Notes under the pieces: generated by a model | Told to the model about the DNA's origin: nothing | Database searches by the model: none | The model's input: only the letters and a program-made list of their open reading frames with translations | Part shown: positions 19,819 through 30,808 of the stretch, in pieces | How the letters are laid out: every line of letters begins with the position of its first letter | How positions within the stretch are numbered: position 1 is the first letter of the stretch | Assembly (NCBI GenBank): GCA_028707455.1 | Contig: JAQWAY010000001.1 | Location: forward strand, 9,764-73,763 | Direction of reading: 5' to 3' | Length of the DNA stretch: 64,000 nucleotides | Source of the DNA: Bacilli bacterium | GTDB lineage: Bacteria > Bacillota_I > Bacilli_A > RF39 > UBA660 | Translations under genes and position numbers: made by a program

Positions 19819-21654
19819 TTATTCATTTCCCAAAAAGTATACTTTATACCATAATAAGAATGCATAAATAGTCCATATTTTGCGACCATTATTTATTTTA
19901 TTGTGGTAATGTTCTTCTAATAATTTTAATACATCGGTTTGATTAAAGAATTCTTTAACATATGATGCACTAAATTCTTTCTTAACTAAATTATAGTATT
20001 TTTCCTCTTTAATCCATTGTGAAAATGGTACTGGGAAACCTACCTTAGGTCGTTTTGCCCATTCTTCTGGAAGCTTTTTATTAGCACATTTTCTAAATAT
20101 ATATTTAGTAGTATTATTACAAATCTTATATTTAGTTGGTATTTTAGATGCTAACGCCATTAACTCCTTGTCTAGAAGAGGTGCTCTAACCTCTACTGAA
20201 TGAGCCATTGTCATTTTATCAGCTTTTAATAAGATATCATGTGGTAACCATAAATGCATATCTAAGTATTGCATTTTAGTTACATCATCTTTATCTTTAA
20301 CTTTATCAAAGTATGGTTTAGTTATTTCTTTGAAATTCATACCATGTTTAAAACGATCAGTAACAATATTCTTTGCTTCTTTATCATTAAAAATGAATGC
20401 TTGACCAATATAATAGTCTTCAACAGGTAATCCATTTTTAATTAAGAAACGTTTACCATGAAATTTAGGTAAAGTACTCGCTAATTTACCTAATGGATAT
20501 CTTATAAACTTAGGTACTTTACGATACATACTATCTTCTTTTACTAATCCATAAGAAGTGTAACCACCAAACAATTCATCAGCACCTTCACCAGATAAAG
20601 CAACTTTTACATGTTTACTTGTCAGTTCAGACAAAAAGAATAAAGGAACTGCCGATAAGTTAGCGTGTGGTTCATCAGAATGATATTGAACTAGTTCTAG
20701 TTTATCAAAAAATTCATCAGCTGTAATAATTTTATTAACATTTTCAATTTTTAAAAGATCAGATAAGTCTTTAGCATAATTAACTTCGCTAAAGCCTTTG
20801 TTTTCAAAACCGACTGAAAAGTTTTTATCAGGCATTAATGTTGAGGTTATATAACTCGAGTCAACACCACCAGAAAGAAATGATCCCACTAAAACATCAC
20901 TGATTTTATGACAGTTCACTGATTCTTTAACTGCTTCTTCAATTTCTTCCATATATTTTTCAATTGGTTTATCTTTAGCATTAAACTTAATTTCATAATA
21001 TTTTTTAATACTCATTTTACCCTTTTTATAAGTAAAATAATGGCCTGGTTCTAACTTATAGACATTCTTAAAGAATGTTTCAAGTAATACAGAATATTGG
21101 AAAGTTAAATAAGGTTTTAATGCATCACTATTTAATTCCTTTTTAAAATCAGGATGTGGTAGAAAACTCTTTATTTCAGAACCGAATATAAATGTACCAT
21201 CCATATTAGCATAATAAAATGGTTTCATTCCAAAATGATCTCTAGCTCCAAATAATTCCTTTTTATTAATATCCCAGATTACAAAAGCAAATTGTCCTCT
21301 TAACTTTTTAACAATATTTACTCCATATTCTTCATAGCCATGTAAAACAACTTCTGTATCTGTATTAGTTATAAATTTATGCTTTTTCTTTTTTAGTTCT
21401 TTTTTTAACTCTTGGAAATTATATACTTCACCATTAAAAATAATAAGTTTATCATTTTTTTCATTATAAATAGGTTGATTACCTGTCTCAACATCAATAA
21501 TACTTAACCTTCGATGTCCTAATGCAATTGTATCATCAGCATAAATACCTTCATTTTCTGGTCCACGATGAATAATCTTTTTAGACATTTCTTTAATAAT
21601 CTTATTTTTTTCTTTGGTGTTTCTTTTATCTATAAATCCTACAATTCCGCACAT
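19819..21654 (-). CDS. asnB: Asparagine synthetase (glutamine-hydrolysing)
   Basis: MCGIVG gives the N-terminal nucleophile Cys, and SGGVDSS is the PP-loop. The protein is 611 aa. Confidence 0.85.
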   Translation of the reverse strand: MCGIVGFIDKRNTKEKNKIIKEMSKKIIHRGPENEGIYADDTIALGHRRLSIIDVETGNQPIYNEKNDKLIIFNGEVYNFQELKKELKKKKHKFITNTDTEVVLHGYEEYGVNIVKKLRGQFAFVIWDINKKELFGARDHFGMKPFYYANMDGTFIFGSEIKSFLPHPDFKKELNSDALKPYLTFQYSVLLETFFKNVYKLEPGHYFTYKKGKMSIKKYYEIKFNAKDKPIEKYMEEIEEAVKESVNCHKISDVLVGSFLSGGVDSSYITSTLMPDKNFSVGFENKGFSEVNYAKDLSDLLKIENVNKIITADEFFDKLELVQYHSDEPHANLSAVPLFFLSELTSKHVKVALSGEGADELFGGYTSYGLVKEDSMYRKVPKFIRYPLGKLASTLPKFHGKRFLIKNGLPVEDYYIGQAFIFNDKEAKNIVTDRFKHGMNFKEITKPYFDKVKDKDDVTKMQYLDMHLWLPHDILLKADKMTMAHSVEVRAPLLDKELMALASKIPTKYKICNNTTKYIFRKCANKKLPEEWAKRPKVGFPVPFSQWIKEEKYYNLVKKEFSASYVKEFFNQTDVLKLLEEHYHNKINNGRKIWTIYAFLLWYKVYFLGNE

Positions 21655-21723
21655 ATATATTGCCCTCTTTCAAATATACAATTATTATACCATTGTATGT
21701 TTATTTTTTGCAAAAAAAAAGAA

Positions 21724-21936
21724 TTATTTTTCTTCTTTTTGTAAACCATATTTACGATTGAACTTTTCAACTTTTCCAGCCTTCATAGTTGTTCCTTGGA
21801 CTCCTGTGAAGAAAGGATGACATTTATCACAAACTTCGATATGTAATTCTTCTTTATTTGATTGTACTGTAAATGTATTCCCACATGCACAAGATACTTT
21901 TGTTTCAACGTAATTTGGGTGTGTTCCTTTTTTCAT
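21724..21936 (-). CDS. rpmE: 50S ribosomal protein L31
   Basis: The sequence MKKGTHPNY...CxxC...[10 protein letters not shown] is a zinc-ribbon type L31. Confidence 0.85.
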   Translation of the reverse strand: MKKGTHPNYVETKVSCACGNTFTVQSNKEELHIEVCDKCHPFFTGVQGTTMKAGKVEKFNRKYGLQKEEK

Positions 21937-22021
21937 ATAAATCTCCTTCCTCCGTATTAAGATTAATCCATATTAATCAAAAGCGTTATTATTATAGCAA
22001 GTATTAAATGAAATTGCAAGA

Positions 22022-22663
22022 TTAATCTCTTGTTTTTCCAAACAAACTTAATAATCTAATAAAAATATTAATAAAATCAAGGTATAATTGTAAAGCACCA
22101 ACGATAGCAATACTATTTTGATTTTGTATCAAAGGTATCATTCTCTTAATTTTTTGAATATCATAAGCAATAAAACCTATAAAAACAATAATACCAAACC
22201 AACTTAGAATGATATCAAACATTTCATTATTTAAAAACATATTTACTACGGTTGCAAGTACTAATCCAATCAACCCCATAAATAATATAGTTGATATTTT
22301 GGATAAATCAAGATTCGTAGTAAAGCCTATTAAGGCAAATAAAGCAAATACACCAGCTGTGATAGCAAAAATTAAAATAATTGAACTTATTTCAAATGCT
22401 ACAAATATTATTGAGAATGTTAATCCTGAAACAATTGAATAAATAACAAACATAACTGAAGCAGTGAAGAAATTCATTTTAGGGGCCCTAGCCGATAAAA
22501 TAAAGACTAATGCTAACTCAGTAATAATAATAAACCAATAAGTTCCAGTACTAAAGATATTATACAACATGTTTTCTTGGGTTGATACATACAGTGCTGT
22601 TCCAAATGTAAATAATAATCCTATAAACATCCAACTAAAAATTTTAGGAAAAACTTTATTCAT
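22022..22663 (-). CDS. Bax-inhibitor-1/YccA (TMBIM) family membrane protein
   Basis: It has seven hydrophobic helices. The C-terminal signature ALQLYLDFINIFIRLL is present. Confidence 0.65.
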   Translation of the reverse strand: MNKVFPKIFSWMFIGLLFTFGTALYVSTQENMLYNIFSTGTYWFIIITELALVFILSARAPKMNFFTASVMFVIYSIVSGLTFSIIFVAFEISSIILIFAITAGVFALFALIGFTTNLDLSKISTILFMGLIGLVLATVVNMFLNNEMFDIILSWFGIIVFIGFIAYDIQKIKRMIPLIQNQNSIAIVGALQLYLDFINIFIRLLSLFGKTRD

Positions 22664-22694
22664 TTAATTACCTCCAAATATATTATAACATTTT

Positions 22695-23396
22695 TTATTT
22701 AATTAAAGCAATTATTTTGTCAGCTATTGCTCGATAGCCCTCATTAGAAGGATGAATATTATTAGGATTAACTAAATAATCATTATCTTCAAATAGATAA
22801 TATAAATCCACATATCCAACATTATAATCATTACATAATATTTTTAATTTTTGATTAGCATAGATAATGATATCTTCTATTTCCTCTTTGTTTTGATGAT
22901 TTGGTAACGGATTATAATACCCTAAAACAATAATTTGTTCCTTAGAGTATTCTTTTAATAATTCAAGTAATACTTTCATATCACCCATTATTTCATTAAC
23001 CTTATTATATGGGTGATCGTAATCGATTGTTAAATAATATAATAAATCATTTAAACCAATTGATACCGTCGTTATATCAGTTTTAATTAAAGCATTTTGA
23101 AGAGTTTTTGGCTTATCATCAATCATTATTTCCCGATTGTTTTTTATGTCATTAATTAAATCAGTTGTTCGATATCCTTCTTTAGCAAAATCAGGAACGT
23201 AAGTTTCCAAATCTTTTTTTTCTTTCAAATAATCTCTTACTTGATTGGCATATCCATAAGACTTTTCCCCATAAGCATTAATACCTACCGCAATTGAATC
23301 TCCTAAAGATAAATAATATGTTTTTTTATTAGTTGTTGTTAAATAAATCAAGAAGATACTTACTACAATAATAAGACCTATAATTAGTTTTTTCAT
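22695..23396 (-). CDS. Secreted SGNH/GDSL hydrolase
   Basis: It has a signal peptide, a GDSIAVG block I, and a C-terminal DxxH-type block (NIHPSNEGY). Confidence 0.65.
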   Translation of the reverse strand: MKKLIIGLIIVVSIFLIYLTTTNKKTYYLSLGDSIAVGINAYGEKSYGYANQVRDYLKEKKDLETYVPDFAKEGYRTTDLINDIKNNREIMIDDKPKTLQNALIKTDITTVSIGLNDLLYYLTIDYDHPYNKVNEIMGDMKVLLELLKEYSKEQIIVLGYYNPLPNHQNKEEIEDIIIYANQKLKILCNDYNVGYVDLYYLFEDNDYLVNPNNIHPSNEGYRAIADKIIALIK

Positions 23397-23433
23397 AAAA
23401 ACCCCCTAAAAAAAGTAGATTTACTCTACTTAA

Positions 23434-24687
23434 TTATATTTCTTCTAATTTAATTTTAGCACCAACAGTACTTAATTTTTCAATTATATTTTCATATCCA
23501 CGTAAAATATGTTCTACTTCCTCAACAATTGTTTCTCCTTCAGCTACTAATCCCGCTAGTATTAGACAAGCACCTGCTCTTAAATCAGTTGCTTTTACAG
23601 TAGTACCAACTAATTTAGATGGTCCTACAATAATTATTGATTGATTATCAATTGTTATATCAGCGCCCATTTTATTTAAATATTCAACATTTTGAAATCT
23701 ATTTTCATAAATTGTCTCTTCTAAATGACAAGTACCATTAGCAAGAGTTAATAAAGTGGTCATTGGTTGTTGTAAATCGGTTGCAAATCCTGGGAAAACT
23801 TGAGTTTTGATATTGACTGGGATTAAATTGTCAGTTGCTGAAATAATTAAATAGTCATCATAAACTTCTAATTTCACACCCATTTCCTTTAATTTAATTA
23901 AAAGGGCTTCGATATGTTCTGGTATGATATTCTCTATTTTTAAATTATTTCCCACTAATGCACCCGCAATAACATAAGTTCCAGCTTCAATTCGGTCAGG
24001 AATAACTTCCATATAGCAACTACCTAATTTATCAACGCCTATGATTCTAATTTCACTAGTACCTGCACCCGTTATTTTAGCACCCATTTGATTTAAGAAA
24101 GTTGCTACATTAACTATTTCTGGTTCTTTTGCTGCATTTTCAATAATAGTTAAACCATTTGCTTTAACCGCTGCTAACATAATATTGATTGTAGCTCCTA
24201 CACTAGCCATATCCAAGTAGATATGACTGCCTTTTAATTCTTCAGCAATAATTGTATATTTATTGCCATCTTCAATAACTTTAGCACCTAAAGCTTCAAA
24301 TCCTTTTAAATGTAAATTAATTGGTCTAGCTCCAATTGAACAACCTCCTGGAAAATACATTTCCACTTTTTTATATTTTCCTAACAAAGCACCCATAAAA
24401 TAATATGAGGCCCTTAATTTCTTTGATATGTGTTCGGGAATACTTTTATTCTCGACTTCACTAGAATCAATTTCCATTATTTCTCCATTACGCTTTACTT
24501 TAGCACCTAAGAACGTTAGGATTTCATTTAAAGCATCAATATCAGATATATTAGGAACATTATCTAATTTAACTAATTCATCAGATAATAATGAAGCAGG
24601 TACTAGGGCAACAGCACTATTCTTTGCTCCACTTATTCTAATTGTTCCTTCTAGAAAATTTCCACCTGTAATTTTTATTCGTTTCAT
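23434..24687 (-). CDS. murA: UDP-N-acetylglucosamine 1-carboxyvinyltransferase
   Basis: It has EPSP-synthase-fold motifs (ISGAKNSAV and the catalytic Cys in GGCSIGARPI). The start was chosen at the ATG at 24685-24687, which has a GGAGGT RBS; the upstream ATG of the ORF track lies inside that RBS. Confidence 0.85.
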   Translation of the reverse strand: MKRIKITGGNFLEGTIRISGAKNSAVALVPASLLSDELVKLDNVPNISDIDALNEILTFLGAKVKRNGEIMEIDSSEVENKSIPEHISKKLRASYYFMGALLGKYKKVEMYFPGGCSIGARPINLHLKGFEALGAKVIEDGNKYTIIAEELKGSHIYLDMASVGATINIMLAAVKANGLTIIENAAKEPEIVNVATFLNQMGAKITGAGTSEIRIIGVDKLGSCYMEVIPDRIEAGTYVIAGALVGNNLKIENIIPEHIEALLIKLKEMGVKLEVYDDYLIISATDNLIPVNIKTQVFPGFATDLQQPMTTLLTLANGTCHLEETIYENRFQNVEYLNKMGADITIDNQSIIIVGPSKLVGTTVKATDLRAGACLILAGLVAEGETIVEEVEHILRGYENIIEKLSTVGAKIKLEEI

Positions 24688-24707
24688 ATATACCTCCATT
24701 TGATATA

Positions 24708-25559
24708 TTATGCTTGGTTTTGACTACCAAGTAAAATAATTTTTTGTTTAATAGCTTCTTTCATTGCTAATTCACCTGAACCAATAATCTTTCTCGGATC
24801 ATAAACAGTCGGATTTTTACTTAAATACATCTTAACTGCATTTGACCAAACAATTTGTAATTCAGTATTGATATTAATTTTAACAATACCACAACCAATA
24901 GCTTCTTTAATCTTATCATCCGATATACCTGTTCCACCATGTAAAACTAATGGTGTACCTGTTTTTATACTTATTTCGATCATTCTTTTAAAATCTAAAT
25001 TTGGTTCACCTTTATAAAGACCATGCACACTACCAAGAGCCGGAGCTAAAAAATCAACTTTTGTTTCTCTAGTAAATCTTATGCTTTCATCTACTTTAGC
25101 AAACATAATACTACTAGTTATATCATCTTCAGTTCCACCAATATGACCTAATTCTGCTTCAACTGTCGCTTTAAATTTTGATGCATATTTCATTACTTCC
25201 TTAGTCATTTTAATATTTTCATCTAATACTTCTTTAGATGCATCTAACATAACAGATGTAAAACCTGCATTAATAGCACTAATACAAGAGTTAATACTAG
25301 TTCCATGATCTAAGTGAATAGCTACTGGGACCGTTATTTTCAAATCATGTACCAAACTTTTAATAATATGGACAACAACATTATAACCACCCATATATCT
25401 AATAGCACCTTCACTAACTCCTAAGATAACCGGACTATTATTAGTTTGACTTTCTTCTAATACATATCTAGCCCATTCTAAGTTGTTAATATTGAATTGT
25501 GGTACTGCATATTTTCCTTTTTTAGCTTTAATAAGCATATCCTTCATATTTACAATCAT
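24708..25559 (-). CDS. fba: Class II fructose-bisphosphate aldolase
   Basis: It has the KYAVPQFN and HLDHG metal-binding signatures. The start is ambiguous among three in-frame ATGs; 25557-25559 has a GGTGA RBS. Confidence 0.8.
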   Translation of the reverse strand: MIVNMKDMLIKAKKGKYAVPQFNINNLEWARYVLEESQTNNSPVILGVSEGAIRYMGGYNVVVHIIKSLVHDLKITVPVAIHLDHGTSINSCISAINAGFTSVMLDASKEVLDENIKMTKEVMKYASKFKATVEAELGHIGGTEDDITSSIMFAKVDESIRFTRETKVDFLAPALGSVHGLYKGEPNLDFKRMIEISIKTGTPLVLHGGTGISDDKIKEAIGCGIVKININTELQIVWSNAVKMYLSKNPTVYDPRKIIGSGELAMKEAIKQKIILLGSQNQA

Positions 25560-25644
25560 CTTTATCACCAATTTAATTATATATTTTTTTAAGTATTAAA
25601 GCAATTGAATTATTTGAGCACTTGTCAATATAAGTAAAGTATTT

Positions 25645-26172
25645 TCAAAATAAATAGAAAAATCCGATAACGATTAAGATAAAGCCACCCATTATAGTTG
25701 CAACTGACCCTATTAACTTATTAATTTTATTCCCTAACATTAAACCTAAATAAGTGAATAAAGCACTAGCGACCGAAAAGAATGATGCTGCTAATAAATA
25801 ATTAGAAGTAATCGAATTCAAGCCAATTCCCACTGAAAAACTATCAATACTAACAGCAAATCCAAATAATATTGATTGAAATCCATTCATTTTTTTCACT
25901 TCTTTTTTCTTAAATGAATCAATAATCATTTCAATTCCAATAAAAGTTAAGATAATAAAAACAATTATGTAAGGTTTAATTGGGATATATTTTAAAATTT
26001 CATTTCCCAAAAACAAACCTATAATAGGCATTAAAAAGTGGAAGATGCCAATCATAATTGTTAGTGTAATTATATCTTTTTTATTATTTTTTAAAGTGCC
26101 ATATGCGAGGGAAAGAGAAAATGCATCCATACTTAAACTGATCGCTATTAACATTAAGGAAAACAAACTCAT
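25645..26172 (-). CDS. mntP: Manganese efflux pump MntP (DUF204)
   Basis: It has two DUF204 half-repeats, each containing SxDAF/SxDSF (SMDAFS and SIDSFS). Confidence 0.7.
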   Translation of the reverse strand: MSLFSLMLIAISLSMDAFSLSLAYGTLKNNKKDIITLTIMIGIFHFLMPIIGLFLGNEILKYIPIKPYIIVFIILTFIGIEMIIDSFKKKEVKKMNGFQSILFGFAVSIDSFSVGIGLNSITSNYLLAASFFSVASALFTYLGLMLGNKINKLIGSVATIMGGFILIVIGFFYLF

Positions 26173-26215
26173 AACATCCTCCTATAAAATTCTATTTTAC
26201 AATTATTAATTTATA

Positions 26216-26749
26216 CTACAAATATTTTTCAATTAGTTCTTTAATAAAAAACTTATATTCAACTTTATCATTTTCCGTTCCTTCTAATAAACATAATGGT
26301 GGAAAAAGAACACACCACCAGTTATCACCTTCACCTTTTCCTAAGGTTACTAGTAGTGATTCATAGTATCCCTCACTATAGACTACATCGTTGAATTCCT
26401 TTTCCGGAAAGTAATTATATCCAAAATTAACTTGATATTTTAATGGGTAATTTTCACGCGTTAATAAACTGTTAATTGACATATCGATTTTTTCTAAATT
26501 ATCATGAATAATACCTCTTGCATCAGCTATTCCTTTGGTATTTTTAAGTAAATGATACATTTCATCTTGTAGTAAAATCGATACTTTTTGTTTGATCGTT
26601 TGATCTTTCTTACTATTACTATTAGGAACTACTCTAAGCCTAATAGCTTCATCTGGAATAACTATTTTATTTGCATAAACATTACCTATAAGTAAATAGA
26701 AAGATAAAATACCTAATAAAATAATGAGCGTTTTATTCATCAATATCAT
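26216..26749 (-). CDS. spoIIR: Stage II sporulation protein R
   Basis: It has a signal peptide and the IRLRVVPNSNS and NWWCVLFPPLC motifs conserved in SpoIIR. Confidence 0.7.
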   Translation of the reverse strand: MILMNKTLIILLGILSFYLLIGNVYANKIVIPDEAIRLRVVPNSNSKKDQTIKQKVSILLQDEMYHLLKNTKGIADARGIIHDNLEKIDMSINSLLTRENYPLKYQVNFGYNYFPEKEFNDVVYSEGYYESLLVTLGKGEGDNWWCVLFPPLCLLEGTENDKVEYKFFIKELIEKYL

Positions 26750-26790
26750 CTCCTAATAAATAGTGAGTAATATTGATTTGTTTTATACAA

Positions 26791-27246
26791 TTATTTATGA
26801 TAACTTTCATTTTTTAGAATTTTAAATGAACGATATATTTGTTCTAAAAGAATGATTCTAAATAACTGATGAGGAAAAGTTAATTTAGAAAAAGATAATT
26901 GATAATCACTTCTTTTTTTTATATCACCATGTAATCCATAAGAACCACCGATAATAAAAGTAATATTAGGATTATTCATTAAAATGTTATCAATTTTTTT
27001 AGATAAAGCAGGAGAATCTAATATTTTGCCTTCTATTTCTAAAGTAATAACATAATCTTTTTCATTAATATATTTTAGAATACTATCTCTTTCTTTTTCT
27101 AAATTAATATTAACGTTTGAAACATCAACATCTTCTACCTCTATAATATTTATTTTTGTATATCGGGTTAACCTTTTTAAGTATTCATCGATAGCTTCTT
27201 TAAAAAACTTTTCTTTTATTTTACCAACACAAATTATTTTTATCAT
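26791..27246 (-). CDS. rlmH: 23S rRNA (pseudouridine1915-N3)-methyltransferase RlmH
   Basis: The SPOUT-fold protein is 151 aa and begins MIKIICVGKIKEKF. Confidence 0.8.
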   Translation of the reverse strand: MIKIICVGKIKEKFFKEAIDEYLKRLTRYTKINIIEVEDVDVSNVNINLEKERDSILKYINEKDYVITLEIEGKILDSPALSKKIDNILMNNPNITFIIGGSYGLHGDIKKRSDYQLSFSKLTFPHQLFRIILLEQIYRSFKILKNESYHK

Positions 27247-28001
27247 ATTTCTATTAACTCAATTCTTTTTTCTTGTTTTGCTACCGTAATATTATCAAAA
27301 TCAATCCGTTTTTTCCTTAAAGCATCTTGTAAGGTTGTAAGTGCTAATTCTTGAGTGTTATTATCAGCACTTAAATGAGCTAAAATAACGTTTTTAGTAC
27401 TTTCACCAATAAATTTTGATAAGTATTTAGCTGAATCTTTATTAGATAAGTGACCTTTATCGCTAATAATACGCATTTTAGTAAAATGGGGGCGACTACA
27501 GTTCATTACCATCTCGACATCATGGTTACTTTCCATAATATAAATATTTTTGTTTTTTAATTTAGAATGATACTTTTGGTTTATATACCCAGTATCAGTA
27601 ATATAAACTAGGTTCTTTCCTTCACTTTCAATAATATAGCCATTAATATCATTCTTATCATGAGATAACTTAATAACTTCAATTATAGTATCATCAAGAA
27701 CAAGAATGTCTTCTAAATAATAATAGTTTTTTAATTTTATTTTTAATTCTTCATGCATTTTTTCACTTAAATAAATAGTAGGATTATATTTTCGAATAAA
27801 TGGGGAAAGACCATTTACATGGTCTCCGTGCGTATGTGTTATTAAAATTGTATCAATTTCTTTTGGATCAATTCCAATTGAATTTAATTGGCTGGTTGTA
27901 TAAGTTAAATTAGTACCTAAATCAATTAAAATTTTATGATTCATAGTTTCGATATAAGTACAATTACCTTGGCTACCACTAGCAAGAACACATATTTTCA
28001 T
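27243..28001 (-). CDS. MBL-fold metallo-hydrolase of the YycJ/WalJ type
   Basis: It has the HTHGDHVNGL motif. Its position upstream of rlmH matches Bacillus yycJ. The start was set to the MKICVL methionine to avoid overlap with the upstream gene. Confidence 0.65.
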   Translation of the reverse strand: MKICVLASGSQGNCTYIETMNHKILIDLGTNLTYTTSQLNSIGIDPKEIDTILITHTHGDHVNGLSPFIRKYNPTIYLSEKMHEELKIKLKNYYYLEDILVLDDTIIEVIKLSHDKNDINGYIIESEGKNLVYITDTGYINQKYHSKLKNKNIYIMESNHDVEMVMNCSRPHFTKMRIISDKGHLSNKDSAKYLSKFIGESTKNVILAHLSADNNTQELALTTLQDALRKKRIDFDNITVAKQEKRIELIEI

Positions 28002-29455
28002 TAGTAATAATATAGTGGATTTGTTTGATATCCACCCCTCCATGGTGTTCCTACCCATAATTCATAGTGAAGATGTGGTCCGGTTGCATCACCGGTCATC
28101 CCCATATAACCAATTACTTCACCACGTCCAACAACTGACCCTACTTTACTTTTTCTAATACCAGACATATGAGCATATAGAGTATAGTATCCATTATTAT
28201 GATTAATAATGACGTAATATCCAAAACTATTATGCCATTCAGCACGCCAAATAGTACCATTATTAGCTGCATAAATTTTAGACCCATATCCAGGACCTGC
28301 AATATCTAAAGCTGCATGTAACTCACGACGACCAGTAAATGGATTATGTCGATATTGATAAGAGGAAGTAATCATCCAACCACCTTGAGTTGGCCATCCC
28401 CATGAATATAAGCTACCAACACTTGGTTGATACTTAGTACCAACTAAGACTACTTCTGTTACAGAAGGTTTTATTTCTAATGTTCCTTCAGGTTCAACAA
28501 TAACAACGTTACCATTAATTGATTTAACTCTAGTAGTCACACGGTCCATTCCGTTAACCCCTTCTTGAACAATTTCATCTTCACCAATAATACGACTAGT
28601 GTCTTTACGATATTCTGTTTGAAATTTACTTTCAACATCTTCTACTTTAGTTTCTTCAACAACAACACTTAATACCGGATCAATAATTCCTACATATACC
28701 TCTTGTCCTGGAAACAATAAATTATCTACACTATTAAACTCAGGATTACTAATAAAAAACTCTTCAACGTTAATCTTGTTAGTAAAAGCTACTTTATCAA
28801 TAGTATCACCTAATTTAACCTTATATGTTTGAGTTCTCTCTGTTGTTCCAAATAATAAGTATTGTGATAAAGTATCAACATCAGTGTATATATCTTCTTC
28901 AACTGATATTTTTGTTTTTTTAATTGTTATATCTTCTTCAATATATATATTATCAAAAATATTACCTGTCGTTTCTATCTTTTTTTGCTCATCATTTAAA
29001 TATAAATTATACTTATTTTCACCAATAAAAGCTGTTACTGTATTTTTAACAGCACCTTCAAATATTTTTTCTTCTGTTACATATATTGTTTCTATTTTAT
29101 CTTCTTTATTGATGGTTAATTGATATCCTTCAATGGTAAAAGGTTTTAAGGCTGCTATTTTATTATAAACATCACTAACTTTATCAACCTTTTCTTTATA
29201 TGTAGTTACTTTTTTAACTTCTAATCCATTAGGTGGATAAACATTATCAACACCTAATTCTTTTTTGAAATAATTACCTTTATTATTAATATATTTATAT
29301 AATTTTTCCTTTGATTCAATTACTCCCAATACTTGATCATCAAGATAAACTTGATAATATGTTTTAGGTGCTATAGGTGTTTTATAATCAAAACCTAACC
29401 AAAAGGTTGCAATACTAATTAGTACTACTATAACTCCTGTTGAAAACTTTTTCAT
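28001..29455 (-). CDS. Membrane-anchored M23 (LytM) metallopeptidase with intact catalytic motifs
   Basis: It has an N-terminal TM segment, and its C-terminal HAALDIA (HxxxD) and HLHYE (HxH) motifs are intact. Confidence 0.75.
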   Translation of the reverse strand: MKKFSTGVIVVLISIATFWLGFDYKTPIAPKTYYQVYLDDQVLGVIESKEKLYKYINNKGNYFKKELGVDNVYPPNGLEVKKVTTYKEKVDKVSDVYNKIAALKPFTIEGYQLTINKEDKIETIYVTEEKIFEGAVKNTVTAFIGENKYNLYLNDEQKKIETTGNIFDNIYIEEDITIKKTKISVEEDIYTDVDTLSQYLLFGTTERTQTYKVKLGDTIDKVAFTNKINVEEFFISNPEFNSVDNLLFPGQEVYVGIIDPVLSVVVEETKVEDVESKFQTEYRKDTSRIIGEDEIVQEGVNGMDRVTTRVKSINGNVVIVEPEGTLEIKPSVTEVVLVGTKYQPSVGSLYSWGWPTQGGWMITSSYQYRHNPFTGRRELHAALDIAGPGYGSKIYAANNGTIWRAEWHNSFGYYVIINHNNGYYTLYAHMSGIRKSKVGSVVGRGEVIGYMGMTGDATGPHLHYELWVGTPWRGGYQTNPLYYY

Positions 29456-29459
29456 CCAA

Positions 29460-30800
29460 TCACCTATCTTCTTCTTTATTAATTACATTAATAAAAGTAT
29501 TAGTGTTTTTTTGAAATAATAATTTTATATCTTTAGTTGGTCCATTACGATGTTTTGCAACTATTAATTCAATTTCGCTTGTTGGATCATCACTACTTCC
29601 TTCATAATAATCAGGTCTGTGTAGGAAAGACACAATATCAGCATCTTGTTCAATTGCACCAGATTCCCTTAAATCACTTAGCAGTGGTCTCTTACTTTCC
29701 CTTCCTTCAACATTTCTAGAAAGTTGAGCTAATGAAATAACTGGTACTCCAAGTTCCATAGCCATTGTCTTTAGACCACGAGATATTTCAGATACTTCTT
29801 GTTGTCTATTTCCAGCATAACGACTACTCCCTTGAATAAGTGTTAAGTAGTCAATTATAACTATTCCAAGTCCATCTTCAGAAGATGCTAGACGACGACA
29901 TTTAGCTCTTATTTCACTAATCGTCATTCCTGGAGTATCATCAATATACATTTTAGTATCAGCTAAACGACTAATAGCTTCATTTACTCTTTTCCAATCA
30001 TTATGTTCTAACCAACCATTTTTTAATTTATGTCCATCAATTTGACCAACTTGAGCTAACATACGCATTACTAATTGTTCAGCAGCCATTTCCATATTAA
30101 ATATAGCAACTGTTTTATCAGTATTCATTGCTACATTAGTTGCAATATTCAAAGCAAAAGCTGTTTTACCAACCCCTGGACGAGCAGCTATAATAATTAA
30201 CTCATTTGGATGAAAACCAGACGTAAGATTATCTAAATCATAAAAACCACTAGTTATACCAGTTATTTTACCTTTGTTTTGAGCTAATTTTTCTAAATCT
30301 GATTGTGCTTTAAAAAGTACTTCTTGAATAGTTTTAAATTCAGTACCTTTTCTTGTTCTAACAACATTTAATATTTTCATTTCAGCACTATCTAAAACTT
30401 CATTTATTGAATCAGTTGAATTATAACCCGAAGTAACAATATTGGTAGCTTCTTCAATTAATCGTCTTAATACAGCCTTTTCATTAACAATACGAATATA
30501 TTCATCTGCATTAGCAGCACTAGGTAACATATTAACTAATTGAGTTAAATATTCAACTCCACCTACTTGTTTTAACCATTTTCTCTTATCTAAATCAGCT
30601 GTTACTGTTGTTATGTCAACTGGTGTACCCTTTTCTGCTAAATCACTTATAACCGTAAATATTTTAGCATGAGCATCTAAGTAAAATAGTTCACTCGATA
30701 AGTTTTCTATCCCTCTTTGAAGAGCATAATTTGATAAAAATAATGAGCCTAATACTGATTGCTCTGCTTCTATACTATGAGGCATTACTCTTTCTGCCAT
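29460..30800 (-). CDS. dnaB: Replicative DNA helicase (DnaB family; called DnaC in Bacillus)
   Basis: It has the N-terminal MPHSIEAEQSVLGS, Walker A GARPGVGKTAF, and RecA-like C-terminal domain. Confidence 0.9.
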   Translation of the reverse strand: MAERVMPHSIEAEQSVLGSLFLSNYALQRGIENLSSELFYLDAHAKIFTVISDLAEKGTPVDITTVTADLDKRKWLKQVGGVEYLTQLVNMLPSAANADEYIRIVNEKAVLRRLIEEATNIVTSGYNSTDSINEVLDSAEMKILNVVRTRKGTEFKTIQEVLFKAQSDLEKLAQNKGKITGITSGFYDLDNLTSGFHPNELIIIAARPGVGKTAFALNIATNVAMNTDKTVAIFNMEMAAEQLVMRMLAQVGQIDGHKLKNGWLEHNDWKRVNEAISRLADTKMYIDDTPGMTISEIRAKCRRLASSEDGLGIVIIDYLTLIQGSSRYAGNRQQEVSEISRGLKTMAMELGVPVISLAQLSRNVEGRESKRPLLSDLRESGAIEQDADIVSFLHRPDYYEGSSDDPTSEIELIVAKHRNGPTKDIKLLFQKNTNTFINVINKEEDR

Positions 30801-30808
30801 AATTTCAC

